Below, one piece after another: positions 48,825 through 60,000 of a DNA stretch of 60,000 nt. The DNA is from Camelus dromedarius. Lineage: Eukaryota. The position numbers and the translations under genes are program-made. The notes beneath the pieces are model-generated. The model did not search any database. It was given only the letters and a program-made list of their open reading frames with translations, and had not been told where the DNA came from. Each line of letters starts with the position of its first letter. Within the stretch, counting starts at the first letter, position 1. The stretch is taken from positions 44,890,001 through 44,950,000 of the forward strand of contig NC_087447.1 of assembly GCF_036321535.1 (NCBI RefSeq). The letters are read 5' to 3'.

Positions 48825-49880
48825 CAACCATTAATTACCCTAACTGTGACCCCTAGTGATGCAGTCAGCTCCCCCTTTTGTGTGCTTCATATTTTCTTTG
48901 GTTTAATAAGCCCTTTCATGTGTATTTTTAAAGTGTATCTTCACTATAACTCTCTAATGCTCTTTTTTCTCTCCCTTTCTGAACCTCTCTTTTCCCTTTC
49001 AGACACTCAATTCCCTGGGGAAACTGTGGTGAGCTTCTCCCAGGGACTGCTTTCCATCTTTTGCAACAGAATCAAATAACCGCTTTGCCCAGCTTTCCAG
49101 GCCTCCCATCTCTCAACCCTTCTGTGCTCCATTTTCAGATATGCTGTAACCTCTCACTAAGATGACTGTGCTCAGTGTAAGAGGTTCTCTTCTGAGATGA
49201 CAAAACAAAAGGATGCAGGAAAGGAAGGACTTCATTTGTGCCAGCTAATGAGAGTTACCATTGTTTTTCCCCCTTGTGTTTGCATATAACATGCTTTGTT
49301 CGTATGTTTGTATCTATATATACAACCCAGGTTTGTTGATATCAGATTGTATATTTAGCACTGTGAGTGTTTTCGCTGTGTGCTTTTGTGTTAGTGGCTG
49401 ATGTGCAGCTGCAGATTCAGGTTCTCAACACAACTCCTTTCTCTCTTTCTGGCTGCATTGCTTTCAAGTGGCCTTGTCGACAGAGACTTTGGCTGAGTTG
49501 CTGGAACTCCATCATGCCACCAATCACTTTCGCTACTGTCATTGTGATCCCTCTTCCAGCATAACCAGAAACTGACTCACCTACCTCTGGCCAGCATCTG
49601 AGAAATCATTTGCAAAGAACTGGATACCACAGACTGCAACCTGCATGTGACTGAGTTCCCAATAGCCAGGGCCAAGGAGTTACATAAGAACTCTAGCCCC
49701 CTGGGAAGGGCCTCCCCACTGTGGGTTGTGTCCTTGGACCTGTAGTATGGGACAAAAAATTTCCATATCTCTAAGGATAAAGTTGTATACTTTCTGGTCA
49801 GAGATACCTTCTGGTAATGGATGATCTGCAATCTGCATCATCCAGCAAGTATCCCCCAGAACAGGTCCCAGGAGTTTAGT
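48825..49880 (-). promoter_or_regulatory. Putative promoter/regulatory region and 5' non-coding exon of the OR52E5-like locus
   Basis: O/E-like TTCCCTGGGG 49011-49020, CTCCCAGGGAC 49037-49047, CCCCTGGGAA 49698-49707, TCCCAGGAG 49866-49874; TAATTA 48832-48837; minus-strand donor TAG|GTGAGT at 49580; acceptor cacAG at 44616-44615. Confidence 0.5.
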
Positions 49881-52419
49881 CAATCAGAGGCATAGTGTCT
49901 TTAAATCTCACTTTGGTACCAGGTGAAGAGTTACTTTTGGCAGACAGGTAGGAGAGGTGCGAAAAGAGCACTCTAGGAAAAAACAGAATTTCTCAAACTC
50001 AGTTCAGAAATATATGCACATTTAATAAATGGCAGAGCCAGAATTCTTACATAAGTTCCCAAACCCTGAGCTCTGTTTTAAGAATTACACTAAATGATTT
50101 TTGTAAGAATATAGAACCTCTAACACTAGTTATATTAATTAATAAAAACACAAATATAAATATATATATATTTATATAAGGGGAATGCAGCTTATCATGC
50201 ATATTAAAAACATGATTTTTTGTCCATCTCTTCTGTGACTTTCGTCAATTTAATTTTTCATTCTAACCTTGGCCTTCTCCTGGGGAAATGGGAAAAAATC
50301 GTATTGACTTACAGGATTATTGTAATGATAATAATAGGATAATGCCTAGAAGGTGCTCAGTAATTGTTTATTAGGAGTTAATTGATAAATAAACACTGGC
50401 TGTTATAATTATTTATGGCAATATCTCTGGAGTCAACATTTTGGAGTCAGAAAACTTATATTCAGATCCCTTTTCTGCAGTGCAATAGCTGAGAGATGTT
50501 GCAAGCATTTCTTACCTTACTGAGCCTCATGTTCCCCCACATAGATTCACAAGGGTGATGAAAAATGACAATTCACAAGTCACATGGCTTATCTCTGAAT
50601 TAAGTGAGGTAATGCGTTTGAGTAGAACAGCAGTGTTCAACGGTAGATCTGAGTTATTATTAAAATAGACATTATCTTTATTACTTATTTGAAATAGATG
50701 CTTTAAATGTGAAATTTGAATAGAACAGCTACAGTTACTTTTTAGTTCACTAGATTGTTCTTAGAGGACTCATTTAAGAAATGCATTTAGCTTGACCGCT
50801 AGATGTCAGTAATACTCATATGACAAACAAACATTCCTTGATTCAACCTACATTTACTAAGCTCCTGCTATGAGTTAGACAACATATGATTTAGGTGCTC
50901 AATAAATGTAAGCTAAATCAATAAAAGTTTGCTGGAAAAATTTAGCGTTTGTATGCAATGGTCAAATCAACTACCTTTCTTGAGCAGATAACAAAAGATC
51001 TCATGTGAGGTATCAGGTAACTGCGATTTTTCAAGATATTTTACATATATCTTTACTTATATAGCTCCAAAGTCAATAACCATCTTCTCTTTGGAAAGTT
51101 TTGATTTATTTTATGATCAAAGTATAAAGGATAAAAATTTAGTGACTCTTCTTGATCATTTATGATATTCTCTGCAAAATGTGTTACAACTGGCTATACG
51201 TTTTCATATCAATGTTTTTGAATTTCAATGCTAGTTAAAGATGTAGAAAGCTCAATGTTTTCTTCAATACCCATGAATCTTATAAAATATGTAAGAGAAT
51301 ACTCCCGGCATATCAAGTTTTTCTTTATCTCTCTTTGGGCCTTAGGGAAAGAGTAATATAAAATTTATGTGAACAGTTAGGAATACAAACATAGAAAATG
51401 CATGGCAATTACATGGTTATTTCATTCCTTCTTTTTTTTTTAAATTTAATACGCAAGGTAAACATGGTAGATTTGATTTCAAAGTGTATTAGTAACATGA
51501 TTTTTAAAAATCAGCATTATTTTGTGTAACTCATGAGTTGTCTAAAAGGATAAAAAGAAATTCAAATCTCTTCAAAGGGAACTCTGAGAACAAAAAGAGA
51601 GACAGTATCAAATATCACAGGTACAATCCTGAGAAAAATGATATAGAATAGTAATTAAGAGGGGGATATATAAAAATACCTGCCTTTAAGTTTTTGTTCA
51701 GAATTTTTTCCAGCTCTTCATTTATGTGGGCCAGTGTGCTGGATTTCTTCTCTTTATTTCTCCAGGACCATTCTATACTCTACCCTGGAGGAATCACACG
51801 TATGTACTGCACTGGTAGCATCCTTTGCACCTTGGCATCTGGTTGGGTTCAGAAAATAGAAAGCAGCAGCAAGAGAGTGAGTGGGAAGGGAGGAAGGTCA
51901 GGGTATTTATTCTGGTTTGCACATCCTCTCTCCTTGCAAGGTGACCTGAAGGTCATCATGGGCTGGGCAAGTCCCTCAAAATAAATCCCAACTCCTGCCA
52001 GGTAGATTTCTACACAATGTCTCTGAGTCTCAAGGTTCCAGGAACCACTTTTCTTCAGGCCAAGGAGTTGTAAATATTTGTCATGTCTGCTATACCTGCT
52101 GTTTCTTGTGGTTTTCCTACGCTGTGCCTATAGTTTGCCATAGAATAAGGGCTCCGGCTTGAGTTTGTAAATATTTTTTTCCAGAACTCTGATTAACACA
52201 ACCAATAAGCTAGCTGCCTTATTTTTCACTGCAGACTTATCTATTTAAACTTACTTTTACTTTATGTAATAAAATACCATGCATAATATATAATATATGC
52301 ATATATATATTTTATGGGTCTTACTTTTAACATAAGCAGTTTTATCTTTGAGCTCCAATTTCTCAAAGGCTTTTGAAATACACTCTAATATTGTATCAAA
52401 GTAACTAAGTTTGTAGTTA

Positions 52420-52670
52420 CTGGAAAAGACTAATACACACTTCACAAATGAAGGTTTAAAAATGGCCAATAAGTGCTGAAAGTACAATTAATGTTTCTAG
52501 TCATCAGGGAAATGAAAACCAAATCTACAATAAGATACTGATTCTCACTAGAGTAGCTAAAATTCAGAAGACAGTACCCCTCCCCAATAATGGTGAGAAT
52601 GTGGAATGCTTGGGACTCTCATACTTGTTGATAGGAATGTAAAATCATGAAACCACTTTGGAAGGCTGTT
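52420..52670 (+). mobile_element. Old L1 ORF2 C-terminal fragment
   Basis: aaatggccaataag, tagtcatcagggaaatgaaaacc, ggtgagaatgtgga, aaccactttgga. Confidence 0.7.
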
Positions 52671-55600
52671 GATAATTTTTTCCGAAATTTCCAGGTTAGC
52701 ATCTGAAAACTGGAAGTTTCTGAAAGCACCTGGAATTTTCCAAGTTTTTTTCCCTTAGGCCAGGATAATATCAACACTCTGACTAAATATTATGAATTAT
52801 GGATAGATAAACCAAATGAGTGGATCACCATTGGAACAGATTTGAGGAAATACTGTATCGGGATTAAATGTTGTGAAAGTCTTCTTCTTTAAGTCAGACT
52901 GAGTTTTGTCTGCTCCAATATGCTGGTGAATAATACAAAATTTGATAGAAACAGCACTGATATTTGCTGAGCTAGACTGGTTTCTGTACTCTGTAAAGTA
53001 CTCTGGGATGCATAAATGGTTCCCCTAGAGAAGGAGTATCTGGGAAAGTAAGAGAGGCTTATGGGAAATGGCATTGTTTTGGAACATTTAATCCAATAGA
53101 ATATAATTAAATCTGGAGTTACCTTATTTTTCTCGTCACCATTTCCTCAATTATTTTTATGTTTTGTATTTTTTTCCTCTTATCATATCATATACGCTTG
53201 CTATTAAGCCTGTGTATAAATGTACTTAATATTCAGACACTAGCAAATTCATGCCATATATGACACAAACACAAGAATGTGTGCTCAGATACACTAGCTT
53301 TGTGCACAAATCAATAGTAAAACTGCGCACATATTATTCCCATAACATTGGGATCTTGCTCCAGGTCCAGGGCAGTATTACTTTGACACAGATCACAAGA
53401 AGGAAATGGGAAGTTAGAAATCGGGCACACCGAGGCTGAATGTACAAATGTATGCAGGACCTGCCCTATCTCTGTATGTGGTGCCCCAGGCAGATATTTT
53501 TTCTGGGGTCTCTCAATATACAAACAATTTGACTAAAAATGTATTACAAAATTCATGGACCTATGTGATATATAGTAATTTGTCAATGAAGATTTAACTG
53601 AGAGGAGAATTAATTATATTTTTGGTTAGTATGCAGTCAGTACTCATAAAGATTCTTTGTAGTTTCCAGGTACTTTCTTTTTTCTGTTCAGTTCGATGAA
53701 CTATCTACTCATCTTTTTAACTTGTGAAAACAGGTGGGATGACCACTCTGGGTAGCAGTGCTAAGGTGACGAAGGAAATAAGGTATCTGTCACTCCCACT
53801 GCCCGCTTTGGGTGCTGTAGCTAGGAGGCAGCATGAGAGTTTGAACATAAATGGCTGAGAGTCAGTGAACAGCTCTAACACATAGCTCAAGCCCAAAGTT
53901 CAGTAGGGGACCATTAGTAAACCAGAACCCTAAGTTCACCCTTTTTCTGAGATGAGTAATGCGTAAGAGTCACCTCCAGTCAGCATGTCAGTGTGCTTCT
54001 GGTGGTTTCACTGCATCTGATTTCTTGGAAGAAAATCTATGCTATCTAGAAAGTCTTATCTGCTTATCAAACTGCTTTGTTGAAATGAGGTCCCAGCCAT
54101 GAGATCCTTAAGACAACCCTATAGACATGGGTCACAGAGCTCCTTAGGGCAAATGGCTGGCTCCACAAGGTAGTGGGTATTGGAAAAAGAGAAATCTTAG
54201 AGTCCTCTGAAGAGGAGAATTGAGGATTGGGCCCACATGTCTTTGTTCCAGGTTCAGGGCAACCTGCACAGTGTTGTTTTCCCCATCTGACCGCAAGCAC
54301 CAGAAATGGACTTAGAAAGTTTTGATATGTGCCAAAGGCCATTTCATATCATTGACAGTAGAAAACATTGTCTTTATTTAGTCTGCTTATATATGGTGCA
54401 GATGGGGATGACCAGGGAGTTGGTCACTTCTCACCACTAGGAATTTATGGATCATAGTGAGGAATAGATACCATTTTAGTCACTCTTTGCTACTATTCTG
54501 CTTGCACCTGCAGTCAGGGTTTCTGTAGTCGTCTTTTTCTCCTTACCAACACCAATTCTACTTGTTCTGTCTCCCGCTTTCCTAGCTATCTCTACGTGGA
54601 GCTAATGGTGGCTCTTCACTTATACACATAAAATATTTTCTATCCAAAAAGAATTAAGAGTTTGTGGTTAAAAGGATTTATCTGAGTGATTTCTTGTTAC
54701 AGCGAAATGATGCTAAATACAGGTACATTTTATGCACACAAATTCCTGCCTTTCTTTGAATCTTGTTTTTTTTTTTTTAATTTGTAAAATGCAGGGGGTA
54801 AGTTAGATCTTTCCATCTTTAAAAGTCTAGGTTCCCATAAAATTTTAAGGGCATGAGACAGAGGTCTAAAAAAACAAAACCAAAAACAATTTATAACTCT
54901 TGCAGACAGGCTTAAGGAAGTTCTGTAAGTTGTTACAGGATGCGAGAATTGTGCTTAGCCAGTGTTAAATTTTAGAGCAAGAGTTGCCAGATTTATAGAA
55001 ATTGCAACAGATTTTGTTGCTTTCCTTGCCTTATTGGCTGTATCTCTCCTGATTTCCTGATACCTTACTCTGGTATGTTTGGAGCACTTTGTTTACTGTC
55101 ATCCTACCTAGAGAGGGTTTCTAAAACATAGGATATGATGGAGACTTCTCCAGATTTCTACTCAAGAGTGCCCTGGTCAGTCACAAATTTCAATTCAGTG
55201 CTCCTTTCACCTAGTTTAACTAAACCGCATTTTCCAGCTATATCTAGAGTTTGGAAATGAGACTATATATGTGAAATCTACCAGACTGATAAATTATAGT
55301 GAGATTATTCTGAGCTTGATATCAAGACTGGTCTTATTCTTAAACCATAGAATGATCATGATTCTTTTTCTAAGTTTTCTGAAGTCCATATATTTGAAAG
55401 TAAATGGTGTAGCAAACAAGGAATATTTTAAATAGATCTCAATTAGAATTAGACACAGGACACACAATTATTCAAATCTAAAATGACTTTGCTTCAAAGG
55501 GGAAAACGATATCATGTATTCTTAATGCTCACAGTGTAGATTCTCATATTCTTCATTTCACAAAAGCTTGGTTTATTGGAGAAAGAGCAAGAAAGAGAGA

Positions 55601-56139
55601 AAAGAAAAGAATCATAAAGACAAAAAGAAACAAAGTGACAAGACTGACAGATCATTAAAATGAAAAATGAGTTCGTGATTCTAGAGAAGGGAGACAAAAT
55701 TTGAGGATGACTATAAGGAATATAGTTATACGGAACAGGATATTCTAATTCAGACATCTCTACTAACCCATGGCTTGAACTTTATTTTCTTGATTTCTAA
55801 AATGAGGTCAGTGTTACAAAGGTTCTAAACTTACCTAAAGAGAAGACATGGAGAAATGGGGGAGTTCTTGCCCTTTTCCCCCAACCATTCCACTCCAAAA
55901 CCACTGCTGCCTCCAGTATACCTTTATTTTCTTTTAGTCCTTTTCCTTTGTCCAGTTACATGGGGTAGGTGAGCAGAGTGGGCAGAAATAATAGCTTTGC
56001 TTAATCTGTTAATCCTAACCCATTTCAAACAAAAATGAAAAATCTGACAAGTACTATCTACACAACAAAAGACTTGAGAGTTCAGATTATTAAAATTTGA
56101 GTAGTATGTGGATATGTTCCCAGTCATTTCACAGAATTA

Positions 56140-57069
<930 letters not shown>

Positions 57070-58171
57070 TCTCCTGGAGGTGTCATTGAATTCCTATTAA
57101 GAAGTAGGATCTTAACTCTTTCTTATCAGAGTCCTAGAAATCAGTACACTGGAGGTAATGGTAGTAGTTAATTTAGAAATATTAGAGAGTCTCCTCTTTC
57201 CAGAAAGTAATTGAGCAACTTTCTCAACACAAGTTATTGTTCTGAGATTCATCACAAGCAATACTGTTTGTGGCTTTTATTTTGTGTAATGTGAGATCTT
57301 TGAAGAACTGTCAATTTTCACAAAGGAGTATATACTTAACATTTTATCTCATTCCCTTCCATCCCTTTTCCAAGTGGCTCTTTAGTTAATTTTTTTTTTT
57401 TTTTTTGAAATTTACAATGCCCAATGGTTCTCAAAGTGTGCTCTGGTTTTAAAGAGTCCTAAGTCAAAATGAGAACTGCTGATTTATACCACTGTTTGTG
57501 TTTTGATATAAATGTAGGGATTTGCCTCATGGATCTGGTGCAGTCACTAGGTAAAAGGGAACTTAAACAGATAGTCTCAGAATTTTCCTTATTCTATTTA
57601 TACTAAAACACCATTGCTATTTTTGAGGCTTGCTAATCTTATGGAAAGGCATGGTTTCCAATCCCATACCTCCAGGCTCCTGTGTATTCTGTGATTCCCC
57701 TGAAGTTCTTACAGTAAATTGCCTTTTGCTTATCAGCTAAATCATGTTCATCATCCTTACAACTTATAAAATTACTAATTAACATGCAAAATTACACCCC
57801 TATCCTGAAATGATGCCTAGCTTCAGGTAGAAATAGATCAAATATCTAGCAATTTTAAGTGGCGCTAAAATTAAAGTGTAGTAAATGAATCTTCCCTGAT
57901 CCCTTAAAGTAATAAAGAAGAAAAATTTTTTTCTGTTAGCTTTTGGTGTCCTCTAGGACATTGTACAGTTTTGCAGCATCTAATATAACATGCCTTTATT
58001 TATCTATCTATTCTCTACCAACAGAAATGCTGCTACTGGGGGTAAAGAACCAGGGGATATGCCTTTTAATATCCTTAACATTGCCATATGAAGATATGGT
58101 TCCCAGTTTTTAAGAATTTAGCTGTTGAACAGAGCCATAATTTGTATATGTGAATGTTTTAAGTATTTTCA

Positions 58172-58193
58172 TGTGTGTGTGAGAGTGTGTGTG

Positions 58194-58240
<47 letters not shown>

Positions 58241-58243
58241 AAG
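58172..58243. repeat. Compound (GT)n(GA)n microsatellite
   Basis: Directly visible. Confidence 0.95.
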
Positions 58244-58279
58244 AAATTCTGCATGTCACTCATTGACATATCACTGTTT

Positions 58280-58800
58280 TCTCACCTGCAGTTGTCTGCT
58301 CCAATCCCATATCCTCTGTTGTGTTCTTTTGTGGATAGAATGGAGAATAGTACTTTGGATAACTTTTCAGTAAAGTGGAGGCTACTTACCCCTTCTCTCC
58401 TCATTTACCTCTTTTCCTCCTCTCTGTAGTATTTCATTTCCTCTGTCTGTGTATCCTTACCTTTCTAATATTTTCTCTCCCAGTCCTAACTTTGAACAAT
58501 ATCACAGTATAAGCCTTTTTGCTAAAGATGGTGATTGGAGCCCCTTCAAGCCCCTGGGACACAAGTCTGTTCTGTCACATGGAAGAAAACTTTATAGTGA
58601 GTGAGGGCTTTTCTAAGTCTAGGCATATCCCAGAATCCCTGAGCTTAGCCTTCAAAATCCTCTGGGCATAAACATGGGGTCATGGGTCATTAAATCCATC
58701 TAACTCTGTTCTTCTCTACTACATCTGCAGAGAAACATCACCACATCAAATATACCTCCTTAGCTCAAGGGAGAGGATGTCTCATGAGCCACTAGGAAGG
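58280..58800 (-). promoter_or_regulatory. Putative promoter and first non-coding exon of the OR52E4-like locus
   Basis: O/E-like CCCCTGGGAC 58551-58560, CTCAAGGGAG 58764-58773, TCTCATGAG 58780-58788; TAATGA on minus strand 58687-58692; donors G|GTAAGT at 58389 and CAG|GTGAGA at ~58285. Confidence 0.55.
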
Positions 58801-60000
58801 AAAATATTAAAGAGTGAGAGGAGTCTTTAATATATAGGAGATAATATTGACTTTGCTCCCTTCAGAAGGCTTGAAAGTATTTAGGTTTATTTTAGACCAT
58901 TAAGTCTTCAAAGTGTGACTTCTTAACTATCCTTAGCAACTCTTCTACTGTTTTTAATATAAATATGTGCATCCTGATGCAGTATGGCATTGTTACAAAT
59001 GTGGCTTCTAAAGATGAAGAAGATCCTTGAAACAGACACATTATAATCTGTGGCACCAACTCTGTTTTTTGGCAGTGTTCATACCTGTAGATAATAGTAT
59101 CAAGTTTCTTCCAACCCAGTAAGACTCTCCTTCCCAGATCATAACTAGTGGTAAACAGATAAATATTTGGAGAGGGGTTTTCCTGTGTTTCAGCTCTTTG
59201 GGAAGAGGGTGAAAGAAACTCCACAATCTCCCTCCTGAGAAAACAGAATCCAATTAGACCTCAAAGTCTAATTTTTCATAGTCTTCTCTCCTGCATGATT
59301 ATGGAGTTGACCTGAGAGTACCAGGACATGTCATAGGACGTGGCTTTCCTGAGTGCAAAGAGAAAAATACTGAGGGAAAATTGAATACATTAGACAATAA
59401 GTTTTTATTTTTTATCTTCTAAGTTCAGAAAATTTTGAGTTATTATGATAGTGGTGATAATGTTGTCTGTGGTCCAAAAGAGATTCTGGTTATATCTACT
59501 ATGTTCTTGTTTTCATTACTTCTCTTTTTGATCAGCAAGAAGCTTACACCCTATTCTCCCATCACTTTCTCATGGTATCCATCCTTACCACTGTATCAAC
59601 ATTTACCTTCCCAAATCAAGTCTGACTCTGTCCAATCTCTTGTTAAATAAAATTCCTTCCTCTGACTTCCATTTCTTCATTGTATTCTATAGACTTTATA
59701 TAATAAAGCACAAACACCCATTGTTGCCAAGTCCTTCAGTCAATAACTAATCAATACTTTAAATTTTAATTCTACTCCATGACCCTTCACATTGCACTGT
59801 TTTTGGTGATCCAGAGTCCTTCTTATGAAACCATTCATTTCTACTTTTTTCAGCTCTTCCCCATTTACCATGTCTTCTATGATAGTTTTCTTTACAAAAC
59901 AAATGTGATCTCTCTGTCTCCTATATCAGTTTGTGCTGCTAGTATAACATGTACATTTTTTTCCCCTTTGGCTTAGTGTCTCCTACCTTTCCCATTTTTC

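Overview
Mammalian genomic DNA from the class I olfactory receptor (OR52/OR56) cluster, most likely from a camelid (short tRNA-derived SINEs and a young L1 of camelid type). It holds five single-coding-exon OR loci: an OR52L-like pseudogene (+, 934-1887, one in-frame TGA), an intact OR56A1-like gene (+, 9061-10005), an intact OR56A4-like gene (-, 22529-23470), an OR52E5-like pseudogene (-, 43670-44612, two frameshifts) and an OR52E4-like pseudogene (-, 56140-57069, several lesions). Each locus has a plausible upstream promoter and non-coding exon, marked by clustered O/E (EBF)-like sites plus a GT donor. Intergenic DNA is mostly interspersed repeats (L1, L2, MIR, MaLR, three ERV solo LTRs with 4-bp TSDs, MER5A, SINEs, microsatellites). 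I see no new biological system. The most interesting points are the homogenised 5' coding halves of the two convergent OR56A genes (gene conversion and a possible inversion/chimera substrate), two O/E-site clusters with no adjacent OR, and pseudogenes that keep intact-looking promoters. Orthologue names and repeat subfamilies come from my recollection of reference sequences, not from a search.
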